Assembly (NCBI GenBank): GCA_002423205.1
Contig: DIUZ01000002.1
Location: 65,409-129,408, forward strand
Length of the DNA: 64,000 nt
Direction: 5' to 3'
DNA from: Micavibrio sp. UBA6145
Lineage (GTDB): Bacteria > Pseudomonadota > Alphaproteobacteria > Micavibrionales > UBA1664
Below the pieces are notes generated by a model. It worked only from the letters and a program-made list of their open reading frames with translations, had not been told where the DNA came from and searched no databases. Within the stretch, counting starts at the first letter, position 1, and the number at the start of each line of letters is the position of its first letter. The translations under genes and the position numbers were made by a program. Below, one piece after another: positions 37,575 to 47,300 of this stretch.

Positions 37575-38654
37575 TTATTTCTCCATAGAGGAAGCCAGGG
37601 CGTCGTGCACGCAAGTCATGTCCACGGCCTGTGTGACGAATGCTTCGCCAATGCCGTGGGACAGGATAAACGTAAGGCGGCCGCCCTTAGCTTTTTTGTC
37701 GTTGGCCATCAGCGCGATCAGCGCCATGGGTGTGATCTTGGGGAATTTGGCAATGTCCGCGATACGTGTGGGCAGGCCCAGTTTTTTCATATGCGCTACG
37801 GCGATGTCGTTTTCATGCGTCAGTCCCATGCGTGCCGAAATGTCAAACGCAAGCGACATGCCCACAGCCACGGCTTCACCATGCAGGATCCGGCGGTCAT
37901 ATTCGCAGGCTGATTCCAGCGCGTGCGCGAATGTATGCCCGAAATTGAGAAGCGCGCGCGCCCCCCTTTCGCGTTCATCCGCATGGACGATGTCCGCCTT
38001 CATCTGACAGCTTTTTGCAATCGCATAGCGAAGCGCCGCGTCATCGCGCGCCAGCACTTTCTTGCCGTTGCTTTCCAGCCATTTAAAAAATTCACGGTCG
38101 CCCAGAAATGCGTATTTAACGATTTCAGCGTAACCCGCGCGCATCTGGCGGTCGGGCAGGGTGGTCAGGACGGACGTATCAGCCAGCACGAATTTGGGTT
38201 GATAAAACGCACCGATCAGGTTTTTACCCTGTTTGGCATTGATACCGGTTTTGCCGCCGACCGATGAATCCACCTGCGCCAGCAATGTCGTGGGTATCTG
38301 CACGTAATCAATGCCACGCAGGGTGATGGCGGCGGCAAACCCTGCATGGTCGCCGGTGACACCACCGCCGAACGCGGCGATCAGTGTCTGGCGGTCCGGT
38401 TTTTGCGCAAGCACCCAGTCCAGTGTTTTGCCCAGCATGGTCCAGCTTTTGGTGCCTTCACCCTCAGGCAGGATCAGAACGTTTTCTTTCAGGTAATCGG
38501 GAAGATGCGTTTGCGTGCCCTTGTCGCAAATGGTCAGCACGCGGCGGCCTTTGAAACGCTTGGCGGATGCCTCAAGCACACCGGCGCCGATGGCGATGTC
38601 GTAATCGCGTGCGCCGTCCAGTACGACATTCACCTTCGTTATTTTGGCTGGCAC
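37575..38654 (-). CDS. aroB: 3-dehydroquinate synthase
   Basis: The translation shows AFGGGVTGDHAGFAAA, GGKTGIN, NFGHTFAHALE and HGEAVAVGM. Confidence 0.93.
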   Translation of the reverse strand: MPAKITKVNVVLDGARDYDIAIGAGVLEASAKRFKGRRVLTICDKGTQTHLPDYLKENVLILPEGEGTKSWTMLGKTLDWVLAQKPDRQTLIAAFGGGVTGDHAGFAAAITLRGIDYVQIPTTLLAQVDSSVGGKTGINAKQGKNLIGAFYQPKFVLADTSVLTTLPDRQMRAGYAEIVKYAFLGDREFFKWLESNGKKVLARDDAALRYAIAKSCQMKADIVHADERERGARALLNFGHTFAHALESACEYDRRILHGEAVAVGMSLAFDISARMGLTHENDIAVAHMKKLGLPTRIADIAKFPKITPMALIALMANDKKAKGGRLTFILSHGIGEAFVTQAVDMTCVHDALASSMEK

Positions 38655-39205
38655 GTCTCCACACCTTTCAGGATCGCATTCAGCGCATCGTGATCGACGC
38701 GCTCAGTGGATACGGTAAAACACGCGGTTTCTTCGTACAAGGGACGACGTTTTTCCAAAAGCGTGGAAAGGATCTCTTCCGGGTTTCCATTTTGCAGCAA
38801 GGGGCGCTTGTTATTGCCCTCGCACCGCTTGGCAAGCGTGCGCGCACTGGCTGTCAGCCACACGGTAATCGCGCGCTCACGCAAAATGGCACGTGTCTGT
38901 GGCAAAACAATAATACCGCCGCCCGCCGCGATGATTTTGGGTGTGCCGTCCAGCAAACGGTCCATAACCTTGAATTCGCCGTCGCGAAACGCGTCTTCGC
39001 CGTAACGCGCGAAGTATTCGGATACGGTATAACCGGACGCGGCTTCAATCTCCTGGTCGGTGTCAAAAAATGGCAAACTTGTGGCTTTTGCCACATCACG
39101 GCCCAACTGTGTTTTGCCAGTACCCATCATGCCGATCAAAACAATGGGTTTTGTGGGCTTTATGAGGGTTTTATCAGTCTGATTAATGCTGTGGTCTTGC
39201 ATCAT
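38639..39205 (-). CDS. aroK: Shikimate kinase
   Basis: From the ATG at 39205 the translation includes ...IVLIGMMGTGKTQLGR (P-loop) and FFDTDQEIE. It is 188 aa and overlaps aroB by 16 nt. Confidence 0.9.
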   Translation of the reverse strand: MMQDHSINQTDKTLIKPTKPIVLIGMMGTGKTQLGRDVAKATSLPFFDTDQEIEAASGYTVSEYFARYGEDAFRDGEFKVMDRLLDGTPKIIAAGGGIIVLPQTRAILRERAITVWLTASARTLAKRCEGNNKRPLLQNGNPEEILSTLLEKRRPLYEETACFTVSTERVDHDALNAILKGVETCQPK

Positions 39206-39281
39206 GGTAGGCGTTATGCCATGAAAAGCCTGTCGAATAGAAGCGTTCTGTTCTTTAACCAAATTTGGAAGTGAGACTATT

Positions 39282-39695
39282 ATGGCTGAGAATAACAGCA
39301 AAACCTTTGTCATCGGTATCGTCGTTTTCGTTCTGCTGGTCATCGGCGGCTTCGCATTTTTCGCGAAAAAAGACGTTCCGGTCGAAACCACCCAGGCTGA
39401 AATGATGGCGGCTCCGGCTGCTGGCGACGCAACTGTCACCACGACCACCACCACCGAAGTCACACCGGCTGAAACCACCATGGCTCCGGCCCCGGTTCCG
39501 GCACAATCGGACGAAGCTGCTCCGGCTGCTGCTACCCCGGTTGCTCCGGCTTCGGAAACCACCCCGGTTGTTGTTCCGGGCGCTCCGACGTCTGACGTCA
39601 CCGCGACCCCGGCACCGACCCCGGTCCCGGCTCAATCGTCTGACACCGCTGGTTCGGCTACCCCGGCCCCGGCTGCTCCGGCTGCTGCCCAGTAA
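39282..39695 (+). CDS. Membrane-anchored P/A/T-rich low-complexity protein
   Basis: GGAAGTGAG SD upstream. The N-terminal TM is FVIGIVVFVLLVIGGFAFF, followed by ~100 aa of P/A/T/V repeats. A strong terminator lies directly downstream. Confidence 0.65.
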   Translation: MAENNSKTFVIGIVVFVLLVIGGFAFFAKKDVPVETTQAEMMAAPAAGDATVTTTTTTEVTPAETTMAPAPVPAQSDEAAPAAATPVAPASETTPVVVPGAPTSDVTATPAPTPVPAQSSDTAGSATPAPAAPAAAQ

Positions 39696-39722
39696 TTGGT
39701 TCAGCATAAGATATAGCGAAAG

Positions 39723-39752
39723 CGCCCTTTGAAGACCTCAAAGGGCGTTTTC
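39723..39752 (+). terminator. Intrinsic terminator
   Basis: 10-bp stem CGCCCTTTGA / TCAAAGGGCG with a 5-nt loop, then TTTT. Confidence 0.85.
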
Positions 39753-39786
39753 ATTTGTGCAAAATTCCTATAACTATCATTACATC

Positions 39787-41472
39787 ATGCGCATCAAATC
39801 CCTTGTCCTTACCGCCCTGTCACTCGCCCTGTTTTCGACGGGCGCAAGCGCCGCGTCATTGCGCGATATCGAAACCCGCGGCACGCTCACCAGCGCCCAG
39901 AACGGCCAGATCGACGGTAACATCTGGTCCGGCCTGTCACGCGCCGAGGCCCTGCTGCTGATCCGGTCGCTGCCGGATAAATATGCATCGCCCATTTATT
40001 ACGAACTGGCCCGCCGCCTGCTTCTGTCTGATGCGCCCGCGCTTGGTGCCGACAAAAACGGGAAAACCCCTGTCGATGACAAGGGTAACCCGGTTGCGGT
40101 AAATCCGAATGCGCCCGATGTGCTGATCGCGCGTCTTGATAAACTTCTGGCCATGGGCGCGATCCGCGATGCGGAGACATTGTATGCCGCCGTCGTTCCC
40201 GAAAACGTCGATGATTTTGACCTGGTGCTGCGCAACCAGCAGATACTGATGCTGCGCGGTCAATTGTCCGCCGCATGTCTCGATCTTCAGGCCGTGCAGA
40301 AACAACACTCCGGCAACGCCAAGTGGCAGGAACTCAACCGCCTGTGCCGCGTGCAGTTCATGGCCGGGGGGGCTGAACGCGACCGCCTGCTGAGCGAAAA
40401 GAAATTCGTCGAATTCCCGCAACTGGGTAATTACCTGCGCGGGCGAGGGGCGGGCGGTTACCGTTCCTTAAGCGTGGAAGACATGGCCTTTGCCGTGGCC
40501 ACCAAACAGATCAACGAAGGCACGCTGCGCTACCTGACATCGCAGGCCGGCAATCTGCCGCCGCTGCTGCTTTCGGTGCTGTACAATATGGATACCGGTC
40601 TGGATGTGCCGGAAAAGACCTGTCTTGCGATTGAATCCGCACGTCGCGGCATCATCACCACGCGCGACCTGATCACGCTGTATGAAAAGCCGCACTATGA
40701 CTCGGCGCTGCTGCTCCAGAATCTGGGTACCAATCCGTCTGGTGCTATCCATCCCTGCATGGTCCCGACCGTGATGTACCAGCGCATTGCCTCCAACAAG
40801 GATCTGCCCGCCCGCGACCAGACCATCCGCTCCGCCCTCGATATTATGGGCGACCTGCCGGACGCGGCGTTCTGGCCGATGTCCGTGTATTTTGAGGATT
40901 TCGACATTCATGCCAGCGCGAATAAACCCTATCTCTGGCGTCTGACCCGCATCACCGCCTATGAAAAAGACGAACTGCCCTCGGCCTGGCGCGACTGGGA
41001 TGACCAGAACGGCCTTCCGGGTATTTCGCCCTTCTGGCCCGTTCAGGCGATCATGTCCCCCAGCGGCAACGAAGCGCAGGAAATGGACCTCTGGAAAACC
41101 CAGTGGCCGGACCAGGCGAACCGAATCTTGGGCAGGGACCCGGCATTGCCCCTGTTGCTGGGATTGGCTTTAAGCCCCAAAGACGGCAAAACATCGAAAA
41201 ACCTTAAGACTAACTTGTATGATTATGAAAATATTTTACCGTTGACATTTTCCAGAAGTTATTCTATGCCTTCCTTTGGATTGACGCAGCGCTTGTCCAA
41301 TGTTATTAAAAATAATCAGACGGGTCAGTCCGTCGCGCTGCTACTGATCGGATACGGAGCCATCCCGCCAGATCAGGTCATTCCAACCCAGGTGGCATTG
41401 GTAATCGATGGGTTAAATCGTGCCGGTTTGGGACGCTATTCAAGGCGTTTCGGGCTGGAAGTCCTGCGTTAA
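39787..41472 (+). CDS. Secreted/periplasmic protein of unknown function
   Basis: A signal peptide MRIKSLVLTALSLALFSTGASAAS starts at the ATG at 39787. The protein is 561 aa and I recognise no domain. Confidence 0.65.
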   Translation: MRIKSLVLTALSLALFSTGASAASLRDIETRGTLTSAQNGQIDGNIWSGLSRAEALLLIRSLPDKYASPIYYELARRLLLSDAPALGADKNGKTPVDDKGNPVAVNPNAPDVLIARLDKLLAMGAIRDAETLYAAVVPENVDDFDLVLRNQQILMLRGQLSAACLDLQAVQKQHSGNAKWQELNRLCRVQFMAGGAERDRLLSEKKFVEFPQLGNYLRGRGAGGYRSLSVEDMAFAVATKQINEGTLRYLTSQAGNLPPLLLSVLYNMDTGLDVPEKTCLAIESARRGIITTRDLITLYEKPHYDSALLLQNLGTNPSGAIHPCMVPTVMYQRIASNKDLPARDQTIRSALDIMGDLPDAAFWPMSVYFEDFDIHASANKPYLWRLTRITAYEKDELPSAWRDWDDQNGLPGISPFWPVQAIMSPSGNEAQEMDLWKTQWPDQANRILGRDPALPLLLGLALSPKDGKTSKNLKTNLYDYENILPLTFSRSYSMPSFGLTQRLSNVIKNNQTGQSVALLLIGYGAIPPDQVIPTQVALVIDGLNRAGLGRYSRRFGLEVLR

Positions 41473-41552
41473 TGAAAGTTAACACTTGCTTCCATTGTGG
41501 TTTAAATACAAAGTTGCGATATTAACACTGGTTAACTTTAGGAGATACTCAA

Positions 41553-42542
41553 ATGCCTCGTCCGGGCCGTCCTGCTAAACCGAAGCAACCGCTTCACAAG
41601 CAGATCGAAGGTTTTCTCGACATGCTTATGTCAGAGAAGGGCGCAGCCCTGAACACACGTCACGCTTACGAGCGCGACCTGATCGACGTTGAGTCCTACC
41701 TGAAACCGAAAAGCGTCGACATCGTCAAGGCGACCACCGCGAACATCCGCGACTATCTGGGCGAACTCGCACACAAACAACACACCAAGGGCGAACAGAC
41801 GGCCCAGATCGCCGTGCGCACCGTTGCGCGCCGCCTCTCTGCCCTGCGCCAGTTCTACCGTTACCTGGTTTCGGAAAACTTCCGTAAAGACGACCCGACC
41901 AGCACCATCGAATCTCCGAAACAGACCCGTACCCTGCCCAAGACCCTGACCGAGGCCGAAGTTTCGCACCTCATCAAGACGGCTGCCGGCATGGGCGGCG
42001 CCAACAGCCAGCGTCTCGTCTGCCTGCTGGAAATGCTCTATTCGACCGGTCTGCGCGTATCCGAACTGGTCGGCCTGCCGATTTCTTCGGTCAATGAAGG
42101 CTCGCAATTCCTCATCATCTCGGGCAAGGGCGGCCGTGAACGCATGGTCCCGCTGTCCGAACCGGCCCAGAAGGCGCTGAACAGCTATCTCAAAATCCGC
42201 CCGCAATTCGTAGGCGCTGATGATGATGGCGCGCGCGGCCAGTGGCTGTTCCCGTCCAAGACCTCGGTTATTGGCCACCTGACCCGTCAACGCTTCGCTC
42301 AGCTTCTCAAAGAACTGGCAAAAGCTGCTGATATGTCTGTCGAAAAAGTTTCACCGCACGTTCTGCGTCACGCCTTTGCCACGCACCTGCTGCGTAACGG
42401 CGCTGATCTGCGTTCGGTTCAGAAGATGCTCGGCCACGCCGACATCGCCACGACCCAGATCTACACCCACATGCTGGGTGAAGACATCAAGAAAAAGGTT
42501 GTCGAAAAACACCCGATGAACCGCGCCAACGCTGGCCGCTAA
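41553..42542 (+). CDS. xerD: Tyrosine recombinase XerD
   Basis: AGGAGA SD upstream. The translation shows ...[13 protein letters not shown]..., [38 protein letters not shown]. Confidence 0.9.
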   Translation: MPRPGRPAKPKQPLHKQIEGFLDMLMSEKGAALNTRHAYERDLIDVESYLKPKSVDIVKATTANIRDYLGELAHKQHTKGEQTAQIAVRTVARRLSALRQFYRYLVSENFRKDDPTSTIESPKQTRTLPKTLTEAEVSHLIKTAAGMGGANSQRLVCLLEMLYSTGLRVSELVGLPISSVNEGSQFLIISGKGGRERMVPLSEPAQKALNSYLKIRPQFVGADDDGARGQWLFPSKTSVIGHLTRQRFAQLLKELAKAADMSVEKVSPHVLRHAFATHLLRNGADLRSVQKMLGHADIATTQIYTHMLGEDIKKKVVEKHPMNRANAGR

Positions 42543-42564
42543 GTCCTTAATTTCATTGTTTATA

Positions 42565-42602
42565 AAAAAGGCGCTAATCCTAGACGGTGGGCGCCTTTTT
42601 TG
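42565..42602 (+). terminator. Intrinsic terminator
   Basis: AAAAAAGGCGC...GCGCCTTTTTT. The stem is AGGCGC/GCGCCT with a long loop. Confidence 0.6.
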
Positions 42603-42640
42603 TTAGGTTCGCGCCTCAACAACACTAGGCATTATTCTGC

Positions 42641-43594
42641 ATGAGCGTCCTGGAATTTGAAAAACCCGTCCTTGAACTGGAAGCCAAGATCCGCGAATTG
42701 CGGGCAAGCTCCGGCGAACCCGGTTTCTCGGTTGTCGAGGAAGTCGGCCGCATGGAAAAGAAGATCGATCGTCTTCTCAAAAGCGCTTACGGATCCATCA
42801 CGCCTGACCAGAAGGTTCAGATCGCCCGCCATACGGATCGTCCGCATTTTCTGGATTACTCCAAGGCGATTATCGAGGATTTCACACCGCTGGCCGGTGA
42901 CCGCAATTTTGCGGAAGACAAGGCCCTGATCGGCGGCCTCGGCCGTTTCCGTGGCCGTTCCGTCGTCGTGATGGGACAGGAACGCGGTAACGACACCACC
43001 ACACGCCTGCGTCACAATTTCGGCATGGCCCGCCCTGAAGGCTATCGCAAGGCCCAGCGCCTGATGCGCATGGCTGATGAATTCCAGCTTCCCATCATTA
43101 CCCTGGTCGATACGGCCGGCGCGTATCCCGGCGTTGATGCCGAAGAACGCGGTCAGTCTGAAGCAATCGCGCGCGGCGTTGAAATGTGCCTCAAGGTCGG
43201 CGTGCCCGTCGTCACCGTCGTGATCGGCGAGGGCGGCTCTGGCGGTGCCATCGCCATCGCCACGGCGAACAAGGTGTATATGCTCGAACACTCCATCTAT
43301 TCGGTCATCAGCCCTGAGGGCTGCGCATCGATCCTGTGGCGTTCGGCCGCGCACGCCAAGGAAGCGGCTGTCGCACTCAAGCTCACGGCCCAGGACATGC
43401 TCGCCAACGGTCTTATCGACGACATCATCAGCGAAGGCGTCGGTGGTGCCCACCGCAACCGCGAAACCGCCATCGCCAATGTCGCCGAAACCATCGAATC
43501 CGCGCTCAGATCCATGGACGGAATGGACGCAAATGCCTTGAAAATGCACCGCCGTGAGAAGTATCTCGCCATGGGCCGCACAACCAGAGGTTGA
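42641..43594 (+). CDS. accA: Acetyl-CoA carboxylase carboxyltransferase subunit alpha
   Basis: The translation shows LEFEKPVLELEAKIRELR, ...FGMARPEGYRKA... and DTAGAYPG...ERGQSEAIA. Confidence 0.95.
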   Translation: MSVLEFEKPVLELEAKIRELRASSGEPGFSVVEEVGRMEKKIDRLLKSAYGSITPDQKVQIARHTDRPHFLDYSKAIIEDFTPLAGDRNFAEDKALIGGLGRFRGRSVVVMGQERGNDTTTRLRHNFGMARPEGYRKAQRLMRMADEFQLPIITLVDTAGAYPGVDAEERGQSEAIARGVEMCLKVGVPVVTVVIGEGGSGGAIAIATANKVYMLEHSIYSVISPEGCASILWRSAAHAKEAAVALKLTAQDMLANGLIDDIISEGVGGAHRNRETAIANVAETIESALRSMDGMDANALKMHRREKYLAMGRTTRG

Positions 43595-43651
43595 AAATAT
43601 TTAAAATATTATTTCGTTTTTGATCTGTCAGGATCAGGCAAAAAAGCAAAA

Positions 43652-43678
43652 GACCCGCGGATTTCTGCGGGTTTTTTA
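43652..43678 (+). terminator. Intrinsic terminator
   Basis: ACCCGC-GGATTTCT-GCGGGT followed by TTTTTT. Confidence 0.8.
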
Positions 43679-43805
43679 TTGTTTTCATTTGGGGGGCGCC
43701 ATTTTGCCGCTTCTACAAAATGTTGAAATTTAAAAAAGGAATCACTATCTTGAGTTGAGGAATTCCAAATTGTTCAACTTCTTGCTGAAATTCTAAGGGG
43801 GGACC

Positions 43806-44231
43806 ATGCAAGACCACACAAGTGCGGGAATGGAAAAGGCCGCTGACGCCTTAACCCAGGCATCGTCCGCTTTGGTAAGCCGCAATATCACCGTTCTGGG
43901 CAGACGCACATCCATACGCCTTGAGGCGCAGATGTGGACGGCGCTCAGGGAAATCGCAGACCGTGAACGCTGCTCCGTGCACGAGCTATGCTCGCTGGTG
44001 GCCACGCGCCGCAAACCGGGCCTGTCGCTTACCGCGTCCATCCGCATCTTCCTGATGCTGTATTACAAGGCGGCATCGACCGAGGACGGCCATAGTCGCG
44101 CCGGCCATGGTGGACTTGACCGCATGGTGGGTCGGCTAATGCCTGCACGCCGCACCGAGGGCCCGAACCCCGGCACAGAACCGATGCTTAACAGCATGGG
44201 ACGCAGCCCGGCCAGTTTCGCCACCGCCTGA
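43806..44231 (+). CDS. Ribbon-helix-helix domain protein (long paralogue)
   Basis: AAGGGGGG SD upstream. The core ITVLGRRTSIRLEAQMWTALREIADRERCSVHELCSLV...LTASIRIFLMLYY can be aligned to the 66-aa ORF at 13318-13518. There is an extra ~60-aa C-terminal tail. Confidence 0.7.
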   Translation: MQDHTSAGMEKAADALTQASSALVSRNITVLGRRTSIRLEAQMWTALREIADRERCSVHELCSLVATRRKPGLSLTASIRIFLMLYYKAASTEDGHSRAGHGGLDRMVGRLMPARRTEGPNPGTEPMLNSMGRSPASFATA

Positions 44232-44272
44232 CCCGGTAATCCCGCCCGGTAAGTCCCGATAGTCTTTAGGTT

Positions 44273-44302
44273 GGCGCCCCTTTCGGGGCGTTAACTTTTT
44301 TG
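44273..44302 (+). terminator. Probable intrinsic terminator
   Basis: CGCCCC-TTTC-GGGGCG followed by TTAACTTTTTT. Confidence 0.6.
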
Positions 44303-44373
44303 TTCGCTAAAAACTTTGCGAAGTCCCGGTCTTTTGCGCTACTTCTGGAAACAACAGGGATAGCGAAAAGGCA

Positions 44374-47300
44374 ATGGGCAAAACAAAGCCAGCCGGACAA
44401 AGCCGGGACAAAACCGTTACTGCCATCAAGGCCGCCATCATGGCAACCCCGGATGAGGGGGAGTCCGCGCCAATCGTTTTTCCCGACATCAAAACCCGGG
44501 GCGAAGATGCCTTTACGGCTGTAACCGATTTTGTCGAAAGCCTGATCGAAGCACAGCAGCCGCTGCATATATCGGCGACGTGGAAAGAGGCGGGCCTGCG
44601 CGGCCACGGCCACCTGATCCAGATCGCATCCCGCCACGCGATGGAGGCGGCACGCGCAGCCTATGACCGCGCGGTATCTAAGTCCGGTTTCACAGCAACG
44701 CCCGAAACGCTGGACCAGCACCCGGCCTTGGATTTTGAGGCTGCTATGGAGTGGCTGTTCAAAACCAATGCCCGCCTTTTCTCCGACCGTACCTATGCGC
44801 ATCTCGGCGGTTCATCCGAAGCGTTTTACGGCGCGATTCAAAAATCTTATGCAGACCTTGCATGCCAGAGCGCCAAGGTGGCGCAATCCATGCTGGACGC
44901 GGATGAAGACGACCCGCGCGCGCTTCGCATCATCGAACGCATATGGTCGGTGTGCTTTGACCGTCTGGGTATCCAGACGCTCGACGATCATCTGGCGGAG
45001 GCACTGGGTTTTACAGCGGGTTATCTTGATACGTTGGAATACCGTGCCACACGCGGAAAACTGCGCACCAGTCTACGTGAGGCATCAAAACTGCGCTGGT
45101 CTGACCGCAACGGGCGCAGTTACGGCGAGGCAATCATAGACGCATGGGCTACCATGCAGAACGATGAAAGCGTTCTGGAAGATACCTCCACCTTTGCCGG
45201 TACCAATTTCACGCCCGAAACGTTCGAGCATGAATTTGAACGCATGCTGGATGTGCTGATTACCAAAGACCTGCAGGCGCTGGAAAACCATGAGATGGAT
45301 GTGAGTGAGCTTTATGCCCTCATGGAAAATCTGGAACGCTGGCGTGATATGTTTGGCGAGGTTGAAGAACCCGAAGACATTGACCCCGACCATGCGGGGG
45401 AGGATTTCTGGCGTTTCCATGTACTCCAGAAATTCGGCTATGGCAGTTACACCCATATGATGGAATGCCTGAACAGTTCCTATGCCAGCCTTCAGGCCAA
45501 TATGGTCTTAGATACGCGCGCGCAGGGTAATCCGGACGATGTTTATGACTCGCTTATGGAGGTACGCGATTACCTGCAAAAGGGTAATATCGCCTTCGAC
45601 CGTCCCGGCGCGTTCGCGGCGATCATGCTGGACCGCGACGCCTATTTCGCCGCGCTGACTGAAACTGCGCCTGCCGCCATCGACCGTGATTTCAATTACA
45701 CCTATCAGCCCGCCCTGAAAACGGAGCAGCGTTTGCAGATTCTTCTCAACGCTGACGACGCCTTTGACCGCATCGACGGCACGCCGGCAATGGCCCGGAC
45801 GTCCGCGTCGCCGCGCAGCCTTGCCGCGCAGCTGGAAAAGACGCGCATGCGCCGGGCTGAGGAAATATTGGCCATGTCCCGCATCGCCTATACCGGCGAG
45901 GGACTGTATCTGGTCATGAAGCCGGCGCTGGAGCTGCTGGATGATCTGGGACTGACCCTGCTGTCGGATGAATTCCATACCCGCACCGGCATGGACGAAA
46001 AACGTGCTGCATCGCTGGCAAGACTGTTTGATGATGCAGATATCAGCACGCTTTGGAAAACTGCCACCAGCGACGACGAAGACCCGCTGCAACGTCTGGT
46101 CTATGCCATGGAATTCGAAAACCGGTTTGAGAAACTGGATGCAACACGTCAGGTGGCGTTGCTGCACACTCTCGACGGCAGCGAACAGCAGCATCGCATG
46201 CACCTGTCACAGATTGCTGATCTTGCCATGAATACGGCGGTGGAACGCATGGCGCTGGCCCCGCAGGACACGCTCAAAAATGCTGAGTTTTTGTTAGTGA
46301 TCCGCAACGGCCTGAACCTTATGAATCCGAACGCGTTGGACCATCCGCTGGTATTCAAGCGCCTGACGGGCAAGGATCTGGCGGAATTCCTGAGTGTCGA
46401 GCAGGATACAAAATCACGCGTGGAACAGTTGGTCGACGCCGACCGCAACCCGTTTGTCATCACGAAGGAACAGGCCGCCGAGCGTCTGGTAAAAATCACT
46501 CGCATGAAACCATCGGCCGAGGGCTGGTGCGCACTGCGTGATCTGCGCCATGACGCCATCATCACCGGCTTCAGCCTGGCCGATAACGACATACTGAATG
46601 CCGCCCGTATCAATTACAGCAATCTGGCCGATCTGAATGCGCAGCACGCGCTGGCCGGCGCGCAGGAATGCCTGGATGCCGCACTGGCCAAGGGGCCGGG
46701 CATGGTGTCCCTGAAGAATCTGGATGCCCACCAGTATCATGATTTCGTAATGGCCCGCCGCTGGCTGGGCCGAAGCGGCTTCGCGCTGTTGCAGGACGAC
46801 GCATACGAAGCCATGGGTCTTGCCGGTCGCGCAGACTTCGTCGAGCGCATGCGAGAAAGCCTGTTCGATTACGCGATGCAGATTGAATCTGCAATTTTCC
46901 GTGAAGGGATCACCCTTGTCGGGCCGTTCCAGTATCTGAAGGCCATGCGCGAAATGCGCGACGCTTATCAGGCGCTGGGCTTTGACAATGAGCGCGATGA
47001 CGGCGCCGAATTGCCACCGGATATGACCTCCAACGCGGTCAGCGTGACAACGGTCCGCAGGGCGCTCTCCAGTTTTGCGCCGCGCGCACACCTGGCCATC
47101 CTTAACAGTGACCGCCCGTCAAGCGTCAAACACCGCCAGATGCGTGAAATCATGCAATTTTCTGCGCGTATGGGTATCGGTTTTCCCAACAATGACACTA
47201 CACAGGCGATCAACCAGAAACTCACCGATACCGTCTATGGCCGCCTGAAGCATGTACTGGATGTCTTTGCCAAAAAGCCGGACGACATGGCGCGCGGCTG

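Noticed and set aside
38639-39601. The 320-aa ORF taken as an extended shikimate kinase
   Set aside because: The extension is G/A/S/V-rich low complexity generated by reading the P/A/T-rich plus-strand gene backwards. The P-loop N-terminus of AroK starts at 39205.
41553-42542. The tyrosine recombinase as a marker of an integrated element or genomic island
   Set aside because: The sequence and length fit housekeeping XerD. It sits in the conserved aroK...xerD-accA context. I saw no flanking direct repeats, tRNA target or phage/transposon genes.
42632-43549. The 305-aa minus-strand ORF opposite accA; similar cases at 52613-53743 (opposite ppdK), 25052-25948 (opposite parC), 11751-12587 (opposite asmA) and 1187-2125 (opposite the coiled-coil gene)
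   Set aside because: The reasoning is the same. These are high-GC antisense frames lacking stops, and in each case the opposing strand carries a confidently identified gene.
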